IMG/VR virus record: IMGVR_UViG_3300008261_000027
Span: 54,318 to 118,317 of that record
Length of the DNA: 64,000 nt
DNA from: a virus
Reading direction: 5' to 3' (one strand)
The notes under the pieces are model-generated. The model made no database searches, was not told the origin of the DNA, and saw only the letters and a program-made list of their open reading frames with translations. The first letter of the stretch is position 1. Each line of letters starts with the position of its first letter. Both the position numbers and the translations under genes were made by a program. This document shows positions 51,405-59,924 of the stretch, piece by piece.

Positions 51405-51649
51405 TAATTAAATTTTTTAAAACTATATTTGTTTTTAATATTAGCATTTAAAAACGCGCCCTGGGAATCAGCCATTCTAAATTTTGTAAAAAGCTCCCAC
51501 GGAACATTCTCGTATTCATAAATACTTCCATTATTAAACACAATTGTCAATAATGATGTTTCTGTGTTATATGTCGCGGATTTGATATTTGATGATTTAA
51601 TATCAACGTGGATTAATTTACCTTCAATTCTTTCGGATATAATAGCCAT
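51404..51649 (-). CDS. KTSC domain protein
   Basis: SSNI....YN.....L...F.NG..YEY..VP......F..A.S.G.F.N..IK. Confidence 0.9.
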   Translation of the reverse strand: MAIISERIEGKLIHVDIKSSNIKSATYNTETSLLTIVFNNGSIYEYENVPWELFTKFRMADSQGAFLNANIKNKYSFKKFN

Positions 51650-51690
51650 AATAGTTTTTTATAAAATATAAATAATTTTTGTAAAAAAAT

Positions 51691-51713
51691 AAAGCCCCGA
51701 TTTCGGGGCTTTT
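51691..51713. terminator. Intrinsic terminator after Hsp20
   Basis: AAAGCCCCGA-TT-TCGGGGCTTT with flanking T/A runs. Confidence 0.8.
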
Positions 51714-51715
51714 AT

Positions 51716-52078
51716 TTAATTTAAACTAATCAATCTTTCTAAAGTCTTCTTTTTACTTATCGGTAGATTGATTGTTAAAAGACCATTTTCGACTTTACCA
51801 GAAATCTCTTTTTCATTCACATCGTCTGGTATATCGTAAGATTTATTAAAAATTGGAACAAAGTGGTTTGTTTCAGATTTTTGATCTCCATCAAAAGATA
51901 TCTTTAAAACACCTTCTTTGGTCATGATTTTTAAATCATCTTTTGTTAAACCAGGAACAGCTATCATGATTAGGTAGCTATCATCTGTTTTATTAATTTT
52001 TGTTTTTGGTCCGAGATGGTCGATTGTTGCGAACTCATCTAAAATGTTAAAAAACGGGTCTTTAAATAACTTAATCAT
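51716..52078 (-). CDS. Small heat shock protein (Hsp20)
   Basis: VPGLTKDDL.I, F.KSY.IP..V....I.....NGLL.I.LP. Confidence 0.92.
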   Translation of the reverse strand: MIKLFKDPFFNILDEFATIDHLGPKTKINKTDDSYLIMIAVPGLTKDDLKIMTKEGVLKISFDGDQKSETNHFVPIFNKSYDIPDDVNEKEISGKVENGLLTINLPISKKKTLERLISLN

Positions 52079-52146
52079 AGTTTTATTTTTTTATTTATTT
52101 TATTATTACTACCTTATAAACAAAAATAAAACCAAACGATTGATAA

Positions 52147-52190
52147 TGACATTTAGACATTAGTTAGACATTTTTTTAGACATTTTGTCA
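52147..52190. promoter_or_regulatory. Repeated GACATT operator-like boxes between hsp20 and clpC
   Basis: TGACATT, three TTAGACATT copies, then inverted TGTCA. Confidence 0.55.
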
Positions 52191-52200
52191 GAACATATCT

Positions 52201-52231
52201 TTTGTTTTTAAAAAAATAATCATTATTATTG
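52201..52231 (+). promoter_or_regulatory. Bacteroidota sigma70-type promoter for clpC
   Basis: TTTG-N19-TATTATTG. Confidence 0.55.
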
Positions 52232-52253
52232 CAATATAAACAAATAATAAATT

Positions 52254-54272
52254 ATGTCGGTAGATTTCAGTTACGAGGATTCCCCAAAACAAAACACCAA
52301 AAACAGAAGAAGTGCAACTAATACACCGGTATTAGACAACTTCTCTAGAGATCTTAACAGATTAGCCAAAGAAGGTAAAATTGATCCTGTGGTTGGTAGA
52401 GATAAGGAAGTTAAAAGAATTGCTCAAATTCTTTCTAGGAAAAAAAAGAATAACGCTGTTATTGTTGGTGAAGCTGGTGTTGGTAAGTCAGCATTGGTTG
52501 AGAAGCTAGCTCTATTAATAACAAATGGCGATTGCCCATCAAATTTAATAGATAAAAGAATTGTTTCACTAGATCTCACTTCATTAGTAGCTGGTACAAA
52601 ATATCGAGGTCAATTTGAAGAAAGAATCAAGGCAATATTACATGAGTTACAGGAAAATACTGATGTAATTGTCTTTATCGATGAATTACACACAATGGTT
52701 GGTGCCGGAAATGCCAGTGGATCAATGGATGCTGCAAACATTTTAAAACCAGCATTGGCTAGAGGTGAAATTCAATGCATTGGAGCAACAACTTTTGATG
52801 AATTTAAAAAACATATTGAAAAAGATGGTGCATTGGTAAGAAGATTTCAAAAAATAATCTTGAATGAACCCACGGAAGCCGAAACTGTTGAAATTCTAAA
52901 TAATCTTAAACAGTCTTATCAATTTTATCATAAAGTGAATTATGAACCAGGGGTTATTGAGACAATAGTTAAGTTATGTTCAAGATATATAACAGATAGA
53001 CAATTTCCCGATAAAGCAATTGATATTTTAGATGAATTAGGATCGGAGAAAAGAGTCATTACTAAAGTACCTGATTCAATAGAAAAACTAAATAATGAGG
53101 TCTCCGAATTAAAGTTAAAAAAGATTGAGGTTGTTAAAAAACAAAACTACGAAATAGCCGCAAAAATAAGAGATGAAGAAAAAAGGGTTGAGAAAAAATT
53201 AGAAGAGGAAAAAGCAAAATGGTTAGACAAGCAAAAAAATAATTTGATTCCGGTTACAATAGAAGATGTTTATACCATGATATCATCAACAACCGGTATT
53301 CCAATCAATAAGATCGATAGTAAAGAGGTTTCAAATTTATTAAATCTGGAATCTATTTTATCTGAAAAAATTATTGGGCAAGACAAAGCAATATCAACAA
53401 TATCTAAAGCGATACGCAGAAATAGAGTTGGTATTAAAGACGGTGCAAAGCCAATAGGATCATTTATATTCCTTGGTTCCACAGGTGTGGGGAAGACATA
53501 CTTAGCTAAAACATTGGCTGAACAAATCTTCGGTTCTCAGGATAAAGTTGTTAGAGTCGATATGAGTGAGTTCATGGAGAAGCATGCCGTGTCTAGATTG
53601 ATTGGCTCACCTCCAGGTTATGTTGGATATGATGAAGGTGGTCAATTAACTGAAAAAATAAAAAATAATCCTTTTTCAGTAATACTATTTGACGAGATTG
53701 AAAAAGCCCATAAAGATGTGTTTAATATTTTGTTACAAATATTAGATGAGGGTCATTTAACAGATTCATTTGGTAGAAAAGTAAACTTTACAAATACCCT
53801 AATTATAATGACATCAAATGTTGGTGCTAAGAAAGTTTCTGAATTTGGTGGTGGTGTCGGATTTGCAACAAATGGTAGCGATCTCCAAAAGGACATTGTT
53901 AAGAAAACCATGATTCAAAAAGCGTTGAAACAACAATTCAATCCTGAGTTCTTGAATAGAATTGATGATATCATTTTATTTGACCCATTAGAAAGCGACA
54001 CATTGAAAAAGATTGTCAAACTAGAGTTAGATAAATTGGTTAAAAGATTAAAAGAAAAAAATTATATTATTTCTTTTGATCAAAGTGTTGTAAATGAAAT
54101 TTTAAACATGAACACTGAAAAAGAATTCGGTGCAAGACCAATAAAAAGAATAATCCAGAATTTATGTGAAGATTTTATTAGCGACGAGATCTTAAAAGGT
54201 AATATTTTAGAAGATAGTCTGGTAAAACTCACTTTTAAAGATGGTTTACAGATAAAAACGAAAATAATATAA
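52254..54272 (+). CDS. clpC: ClpC-like Hsp100 ATPase lacking the N-terminal Clp repeat domain
   Basis: GEAGVGKS/FIDELH and GSTGVGKT/LFDEIEK; UVR-type middle domain (QNYE.AA..RD.E); VGF ClpP-docking loop. Confidence 0.92.
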   Translation: MSVDFSYEDSPKQNTKNRRSATNTPVLDNFSRDLNRLAKEGKIDPVVGRDKEVKRIAQILSRKKKNNAVIVGEAGVGKSALVEKLALLITNGDCPSNLIDKRIVSLDLTSLVAGTKYRGQFEERIKAILHELQENTDVIVFIDELHTMVGAGNASGSMDAANILKPALARGEIQCIGATTFDEFKKHIEKDGALVRRFQKIILNEPTEAETVEILNNLKQSYQFYHKVNYEPGVIETIVKLCSRYITDRQFPDKAIDILDELGSEKRVITKVPDSIEKLNNEVSELKLKKIEVVKKQNYEIAAKIRDEEKRVEKKLEEEKAKWLDKQKNNLIPVTIEDVYTMISSTTGIPINKIDSKEVSNLLNLESILSEKIIGQDKAISTISKAIRRNRVGIKDGAKPIGSFIFLGSTGVGKTYLAKTLAEQIFGSQDKVVRVDMSEFMEKHAVSRLIGSPPGYVGYDEGGQLTEKIKNNPFSVILFDEIEKAHKDVFNILLQILDEGHLTDSFGRKVNFTNTLIIMTSNVGAKKVSEFGGGVGFATNGSDLQKDIVKKTMIQKALKQQFNPEFLNRIDDIILFDPLESDTLKKIVKLELDKLVKRLKEKNYIISFDQSVVNEILNMNTEKEFGARPIKRIIQNLCEDFISDEILKGNILEDSLVKLTFKDGLQIKTKII

Positions 54273-54325
54273 TTTTTTTTGGTAAATACTTTACTTTTTA
54301 CCAAAAACACATATATTTATATGTC

Positions 54326-54425
54326 TATAGGTTATCTTTGCCGAAAAACCTTTTCGTTTTAAAAGTAAGCGGGGTTGAACCCGCCGAAAGACCTAAACCC
54401 CGACATCCTGTTGGGGTTTTTTTTT
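54326..54425 (+). ncRNA. Candidate structured non-coding RNA with its own terminator
   Basis: Late motif at 54314-20; GC-rich stems GCGGG/CCCGC and TTTTCG/CGAAAG; terminator AAACCCCGACA-TCC-TGTTGGGGTTT plus T run; no credible ORF. Confidence 0.5.
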
Positions 54426-54470
54426 ACCATATTTTGTTGTTTGGATATTTTTGTTTATATTTACAATAGT

Positions 54471-54641
54471 ATGAAAAAATATACATTCATTTTGGCCATT
54501 GGTGCTGCATTAGCATTAACGGCGTGTGGTTCAGGATCTTCCACAAACGAAGCAACAGATTCTACTGCTGCACAAGTTGATACAGCTGCTGTTCCAAGCG
54601 CTGACACGACAAGTGTTGTAGACACTTTGGCTGTAAAATAA
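54471..54641 (+). CDS. Small lipoprotein, 56 aa
   Basis: Lipobox LTAC; Asp/Ser/Thr/Ala-rich mature part; own promoter TTTG-N19-TATATTTA (54433-63). Confidence 0.8.
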   Translation: MKKYTFILAIGAALALTACGSGSSTNEATDSTAAQVDTAAVPSADTTSVVDTLAVK

Positions 54642-54661
54642 GCTAAATGTTGTGAAATTAG

Positions 54662-54686
54662 ATGGGGGTTTAGGCCCCCATTTTTG
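54662..54686 (+). terminator. Intrinsic terminator after the lipoprotein gene
   Basis: ATGGGGGTT-TA-GGCCCCCAT then TTTTT. Confidence 0.75.
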
Positions 54687-54730
54687 TTTTTCTAAAAAAA
54701 AATTCTTATCTTTAATTAATCTTAAGTTGT

Positions 54731-54874
54731 ATGAAAAAAGAAACATATACAATATCGTTATTTATAATAACAATGGTAATGCTTTGCATGGTTTTTTTTA
54801 TTGCAAAACATTATAAAAATGAAGTAGCGAATCTGGATAAGAGAATTAAAAAATTAGAAACATTAATAAAGTAA
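54731..54874 (+). CDS. Small membrane protein with coiled coil, 47 aa
   Basis: MKKETYTISLFIITMVMLCMVFFIAKHYKNEVANLDKRIKKLETLIK*; not in the ORF track. Confidence 0.6.
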   Translation: MKKETYTISLFIITMVMLCMVFFIAKHYKNEVANLDKRIKKLETLIK

Positions 54875-54875
54875 A

Positions 54876-55298
54876 ATGGACAAAGAATTTACGGGTGATT
54901 TAATTTTATTACGAGGGGTTCCTGGATCAGGTAAAACAACCTTGGGTGAAATTATTTTAAACTGTCCCCAACCATCTGGTACCAAAGTATTATCAGCTGA
55001 TGATTTTTTTATTGATCAAGAAGGTAACTACAACTTTGATCCAAGTAAATTAAAGGAAGCTCATAACCTATGTCAGCAAAAATGCGCTGAAAACATGAGA
55101 AACGGCATTTATAAAATAGTGGTGGCAAACACTTTTACACAAGAATGGGAAATGGAAACATATTTTAAAATGGCGGAAAGGTACAGCTATAGAGTACATA
55201 GTGTTATTGTTGAAAACAGGCATGGTAGTCAAAATATTCATGACGTACCTGACGAAAAGATTCTTCAAATGAAAAATAGATTTGAAGTCAAAATCTGA
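54876..55298 (+). CDS. P-loop polynucleotide kinase-like protein (AAA_33)
   Basis: LILLRGVPGSGKTT, SADDFF, VV.NTF, H.VP. Confidence 0.85.
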   Translation: MDKEFTGDLILLRGVPGSGKTTLGEIILNCPQPSGTKVLSADDFFIDQEGNYNFDPSKLKEAHNLCQQKCAENMRNGIYKIVVANTFTQEWEMETYFKMAERYSYRVHSVIVENRHGSQNIHDVPDEKILQMKNRFEVKI

Positions 55299-55310
55299 TG
55301 AGCAAGTTTA

Positions 55311-56429
55311 TTGTTTCATTTACAAAAATTACTAATCCACCACAAACCCCAACAAAAATTGGAATTTTTAAATACATTAGAAAAATATTATCAAGATGGT
55401 TTGTTGTTAAAACAAAAACACCCAAAATTTGATTTAACCATCTGGAATTATTCTCCAAGAGTTCAATATGAAAGATTGTGGGATGATATAACTTTACAAT
55501 GTCGCGGATTAGTTACCAATTCAAAAGGTAATATTGTTGCAAGACCATTTAAGAAGTTTTTTAACTATGAAGAGCATAAGCCAGAAGATATACCAAATGA
55601 AAATTACGTTGTTTATGAAAAACTAGACGGTTCGTTAGGAATTCTTTTTAATTATGAAAACGAATGGATATTGGCCACTCGTGGGTCATTTACATCACCA
55701 CAAGCAATTAAAGGTCGCCAATTGCTTGAAAAATATAATTATAATAGATTAGTATCTGGTTATACATATTTGTTTGAAATAATTTATCCGGAAAATAGAA
55801 TTGTGTGTGAATACGATTTTGAAGATTTAATTTTATTAGGTATGATTAAGACTGAAACTGGCGATGAAATCGATATTCATAACGATAATAATGAAGATAT
55901 TAGATTAAAAAATCTAATAAAAAATTTAAATCTAAAAATTGTATTATTATATAAAACTTGGGGTGAGTCTTATGATTTACTTAAAGAAGAAATTAGTAAG
56001 GATAAAGAGGGATATGTGATTCGTTTTAAAAATGGTTTTCGCATGAAAATCAAGGGCGAAGAATATAAGAGACTACATAGAATACTAACAAACGTTTCTA
56101 ATAGAGATATTTGGATGTATCTTAAAAATGGTGATCCTTTTGATGATTTACTCCATAAAGTACCTGATGAATTTTATAATTGGGTTTCAAATACCGCAGA
56201 CAATCTAGTAAAAGGATATGCTGAAATTGAAAAAAAATCCTTTTTAGATTTTGCCAAAATTAAAAAAAGCTGTAATATTGAAGATAGAAAAAGTTTTGCA
56301 TTAGAAGCATTAAAATGCGATAATCCATCCATTTTATTTTCAATGTTAGACAATAAAGATTATAGAGATATAATCTGGAAGATTATTTATCCATCCTACA
56401 CAAAACCATTTAAAAATGACGAAAATTAA
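55311..56429 (+). CDS. RNA ligase 1 (T4 Rnl1-like)
   Basis: CRGLV, RPFKKFFN, EKLDGS, FEII, EGYV, KIK..EY; start uncertain (TTG at 55311 or 55359). Confidence 0.9.
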   Translation: MFHLQKLLIHHKPQQKLEFLNTLEKYYQDGLLLKQKHPKFDLTIWNYSPRVQYERLWDDITLQCRGLVTNSKGNIVARPFKKFFNYEEHKPEDIPNENYVVYEKLDGSLGILFNYENEWILATRGSFTSPQAIKGRQLLEKYNYNRLVSGYTYLFEIIYPENRIVCEYDFEDLILLGMIKTETGDEIDIHNDNNEDIRLKNLIKNLNLKIVLLYKTWGESYDLLKEEISKDKEGYVIRFKNGFRMKIKGEEYKRLHRILTNVSNRDIWMYLKNGDPFDDLLHKVPDEFYNWVSNTADNLVKGYAEIEKKSFLDFAKIKKSCNIEDRKSFALEALKCDNPSILFSMLDNKDYRDIIWKIIYPSYTKPFKNDEN

Positions 56430-56778
56430 AATCCCAAGAGAATTTGTTGTTAACATTGTTGGGGAATATACTGACTATGAAGATTTTTTTGAAAAAAATA
56501 AAACAAAAATCTATACCGGAATTGTCCAATGTTTCATATTACTAAGTAATAGTAATAGAAAAACAATAAAATATATTGTATCCGCATCAACAAAAAGTAA
56601 ACGAAATGGTATTATTGAATTTAATACCGAATTTTTATTTCGTAAAGACGAATGCGATTTATTGGTTGATTACATTTTAGAACACTTTGAAGAAATTGAA
56701 GAATATGAAAAATGTAAAGACATAATTATTTTATACAATAGCTTGACTAATTCAAAAAAAGAAACTATATTTAAATAA
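56416..56778 (+). CDS. Hypothetical protein (UVR-like C-terminus)
   Basis: HFEE.EEYEKC..I. Confidence 0.6.
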   Translation: MTKIKIPREFVVNIVGEYTDYEDFFEKNKTKIYTGIVQCFILLSNSNRKTIKYIVSASTKSKRNGIIEFNTEFLFRKDECDLLVDYILEHFEEIEEYEKCKDIIILYNSLTNSKKETIFK

Positions 56779-56818
56779 CTAACGTTTAGAGACACGTTTA
56801 GTTATTTCTTGCCAAATT

Positions 56819-56849
56819 TACCCCATATTTTTATATGGGGTATTTTTTT
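56819..56849 (+). terminator. Intrinsic terminator between convergent genes
   Basis: TACCCCATAT-TTTT-ATATGGGGTA then T run. Confidence 0.8.
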
Positions 56850-58299
56850 ATAACATCATTCTAGATCCTACTAAAAAATTGTGTAATATCGGCGTTCCAG
56901 GGGTTGTATTTAAATTGGCTTTATAATTTATACTTAGCCCGAAACGCTTACTTATTTTATAATCAAAACTACTACCCAATAAAAAACCAAAATTACGGTT
57001 AACAGTTGTTTGCCCAGTGACCGTATTATATGCGATTGGTGATGACATAGCAAATACTTGTGGTGATAATGTTATCTTCTTACTATATTGATATGGTTTG
57101 GTCCAGAAAACAACCATTGAAGATGATAATGACACATCATACCTCTTCTCAACATTTTTTGTAAACAAAGAAATTAAACCCACGTTATATCCATAGGTAC
57201 CTCTTTTAATATCTGGTTTAACCCAAGTATACCCCATTAAATTCATTAATGTTCCATTAAGATATGCAAATGTTGATGAATAACTATTAATTGCGTTTAA
57301 TTTTCCATTTTTAAAATCCATTTTTGTCATTCCGCCAGACAATGCAAATTGATTTAAAGAAGACCAAATCATTGCATTTGCGCTATATGATTTATCACCC
57401 ATTAAAGATGATTTACTTAAACCAAGTGATAATATAACATCAAATTTACCATCGATATTTTGTGCCGTGGTTAAATCAGACGCCAATAATAATGGATTTG
57501 TATTCTGTTGTTTTTTCTTTTCCTCTTTTTTCTCTTCTTTCTTTTCTTCTTTCTTTTCTTCTGATTTAGATTCTTCTTTTTTCTCTTCTTTCTTTTCTTC
57601 GGACTTGCTTTCAGATTTTGATTCCTCTTTAGATTCTGATTTACTCTCTGATTTACTTTCTGATTTAGTTTCACTTTTTTGTTCAGAAGAAGATGACCCA
57701 CCACCACTTTTATTTTCCGATGATGATGATGATGATGATGAACTAGAAGAGTTATTTGATGAACTACCACTTGCTGGTGGAGCCGAAGATGTTGATCCTG
57801 CCGAAGCTCCACTGCTTGCTGCAGACGAACTTGCAGAACTACTTGCTGCTGATGATGCTGATGAGCTTGCAGCAGTACTAGCAGAAGAAGACGCGGCATT
57901 ACTCGCAGCCGATGATGCTGCCGATGATGCTGCTGAAGATGCTGCCGCACTGGCAGCTTGAGATGCTGCTTGTGAAGCCGCCTGAGATGCTGCCTGTGAA
58001 ACAGCTTGTGTTACCGTTTGTTGAACAACAATATTTGTTGGGCAAGCCCTGGAGCTGTATGATAGATAAGTTGCCTGCAGCCAAGTATTCATAGCACCAC
58101 TTTGTACTTCTAGTTGTGTAAAAGTTTTAACTTGATCATAAAATGACACTATTGCATTTCCATTAACATATGTTGTAGTTGCAACTTTTATTTCACCGGT
58201 ACACTTATCAACAAATGTTTGTGTAAAAGTCTGACCATTAACTTTTAACGAAAAAAGTATTAAAAAAAATGTTAAATAAAATAATTTATTTTTTTTCAA
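56848..58299 (-). CDS. Secreted protein: small N-domain, low-complexity stalk, C-terminal beta-barrel-like domain
   Basis: Signal peptide ending VNG|Q; Cys pair; QAAS/SAAS/ESKS/EEKK repeats; alternating beta-strands in the C-terminal ~215 aa. Confidence 0.7.
   Translation of the reverse strand: MKKNKLFYLTFFLILFSLKVNGQTFTQTFVDKCTGEIKVATTTYVNGNAIVSFYDQVKTFTQLEVQSGAMNTWLQATYLSYSSRACPTNIVVQQTVTQAVSQAASQAASQAASQAASAAASSAASSAASSAASNAASSSASTAASSSASSAASSSASSSAASSGASAGSTSSAPPASGSSSNNSSSSSSSSSSSENKSGGGSSSSEQKSETKSESKSESKSESKEESKSESKSEEKKEEKKEESKSEEKKEEKKEEKKEEKKKQQNTNPLLLASDLTTAQNIDGKFDVILSLGLSKSSLMGDKSYSANAMIWSSLNQFALSGGMTKMDFKNGKLNAINSYSSTFAYLNGTLMNLMGYTWVKPDIKRGTYGYNVGLISLFTKNVEKRYDVSLSSSMVVFWTKPYQYSKKITLSPQVFAMSSPIAYNTVTGQTTVNRNFGFLLGSSFDYKISKRFGLSINYKANLNTTPGTPILHNFLVGSRMML
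57515..58005 (-). repeat. Coding low-complexity tandem repeats (12-nt units)
   Basis: (QAAS)n, (SAAS)n, poly-S, (ESKS)n, (EEKK)n in series. Confidence 0.85.
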
Positions 58300-58304
58300 T
58301 TAAT

Positions 58305-59123
58305 TTAAAAATTAACTCCCAAACCAAATGTTGTGTTTGTTTGAATTGGGTCATAATCAACTTTTATTGTCATATTCTTAAAATCGTGTAGAGCGCCAAC
58401 TTTAACTGTTGTAAAACGATTTGAATATTTTGGGAATGTTATATAACCATCGGCATCTTTTCCACGGTATCTCACAATCTCGTTAATACTACCCACCATA
58501 AAATGGACTCCAGTTCTCTTAACCCTTTTTCCCAAGCCAACATAAAATGAGTTTAATTTAATCAAATCATTAACAAGTGGAAAATCAATAAGGTCTAATC
58601 TTCCATATGGGTAAAAAGTTGATTTATCAGGTGTGAAATTATATTCAGTAATAAAATATCCTTTATTTCCTATTGTGAAAAAACCACCTATTTGATTATC
58701 TGTTGATTTTTGTAAACCGAAACTAATTACAGGTTTTTTCCCTCTAATTGTATCGCGTTTACCATCATCATATACATAAATTCTTGCTGGTTGTCTATAC
58801 CCCCAATCATTCCAATAAAAAGAAGGTGACCAAAAATTCCAACCAAACGTTGGAGCACCCCACATATTCCATCTATTCCAACCCCAACCCCAATCATTCC
58901 ACAACCAAGGATTGTTATTAATTATTATATTTGATCCTGGTTTCGTTTGTTTTGGTCTGTTAAATTCTCTTGGTCCATCATTTCTCCACATACTAATATC
59001 ACTTCTTTGTCCCTGAATCGATGGTATAGATCTTGATGGTGACGGCGGATTAGTTCTCCATGAACTTGTTTGACCAATTGTCAACAATGGCATTAAAAGT
59101 AGAGCAAATAAAATCTTTTTCAT
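58305..59123 (-). CDS. Outer-membrane beta-barrel protein with Trp/Gly-rich N-terminal region
   Basis: Signal peptide LTIG|Q; WGWGWNRW repeats; C-terminal beta-signal FGLGVNF. Confidence 0.75.
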   Translation of the reverse strand: MKKILFALLLMPLLTIGQTSSWRTNPPSPSRSIPSIQGQRSDISMWRNDGPREFNRPKQTKPGSNIIINNNPWLWNDWGWGWNRWNMWGAPTFGWNFWSPSFYWNDWGYRQPARIYVYDDGKRDTIRGKKPVISFGLQKSTDNQIGGFFTIGNKGYFITEYNFTPDKSTFYPYGRLDLIDFPLVNDLIKLNSFYVGLGKRVKRTGVHFMVGSINEIVRYRGKDADGYITFPKYSNRFTTVKVGALHDFKNMTIKVDYDPIQTNTTFGLGVNF

Positions 59124-59154
59124 AGCTTTAATGTTTTATATAATATAAATATTA

Positions 59155-59181
59155 AAAAAGGGGATCTTAGACCCCCTTTTA
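59155..59181 (-). terminator. Intrinsic terminator after the CsgG-like gene
   Basis: GGGGGTC-TAA-GATCCCC then TTTTTT. Confidence 0.75.
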
Positions 59182-59206
59182 TTTTTTATTGATATTTTCT
59201 TTTTAA

Positions 59207-59923
59207 TTATTTTGTGAATATTCCCTTTTTAATCATTCTATCTAATATTCTGGCACAAGCAATATCTAATGCTTTTTTTGTTGCGATAGAAATAGTTGAT
59301 TGATTGAATTTAACCTCATCAACTGTCGCATCTGATAATAATGTTAATTCTCTAGTTGTTTTTGCCTCACCTAAACCAGATCCAGAAAAAACAACACCAG
59401 TTTCCGCATCAGTAAATCTAACCTGTAAACCGATTCGAGTTACCATAAGATTTTTAACACCATCTTTAAGATTTACCGTTTCATCTTCAGATACGGAATA
59501 ATCATAGCATTCAATTGTTACGAAATATTTCGCTAAGTTAATTTTTCCTCTACCATCTAATTTATTTTCGGAAATACCAGCTTGCGATGCTTGGAATTGC
59601 TTAACCATTCTATTCTTAATTTCCGTTTTATCTTCGGTAAATTTGAAACGATTAAGGTTTTCCAAATATTCCATTGAGATATTTGCTACACCAAGACCTA
59701 CTCTCTTTTCTTTCAATTCAGGATACATCTCATACATCTCATCCGAAATACCTGCTTTAAGTATTTGGATAGGAATTTGAGGTCCTTCATAATCTAAAAA
59801 TTGAGAAATATCAATAGCAGTTTCGAATGATGCTTTATATTGTTCTGTCTTTGTGCTTCCCACAGTTTGGGCAGCGGCACTCATACTCAAACATATTCCT
59901 AATAATACTAATAGCTTTTTCAT
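59207..59923 (-). CDS. CsgG/HfaB-like secretion channel protein
   Basis: Signal peptide SAAA|Q; NRF.F.E, G.I..A.Y.V......Y, IGLQVRFTDAETG.V; start MKKLL at 59923. Confidence 0.7.
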   Translation of the reverse strand: MKKLLVLLGICLSMSAAAQTVGSTKTEQYKASFETAIDISQFLDYEGPQIPIQILKAGISDEMYEMYPELKEKRVGLGVANISMEYLENLNRFKFTEDKTEIKNRMVKQFQASQAGISENKLDGRGKINLAKYFVTIECYDYSVSEDETVNLKDGVKNLMVTRIGLQVRFTDAETGVVFSGSGLGEAKTTRELTLLSDATVDEVKFNQSTISIATKKALDIACARILDRMIKKGIFTK

Positions 59924-59924
59924 A

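Noticed and set aside
54326-54425. tRNA or known self-cleaving ribozyme
   Set aside because: No cloverleaf or TTCRA arm and no CUGAnGA or other recognised core; kept only as an unknown RNA candidate.
57467-57961. Overlapping 164-aa and 159-aa ORFs
   Set aside because: Shadow frames of low-complexity repeats in the 56848 gene.
59207-59923. Complete curli operon
   Set aside because: No curlin repeats or recognisable CsgE/F in the window, and the CsgG-like protein has no clear lipobox.
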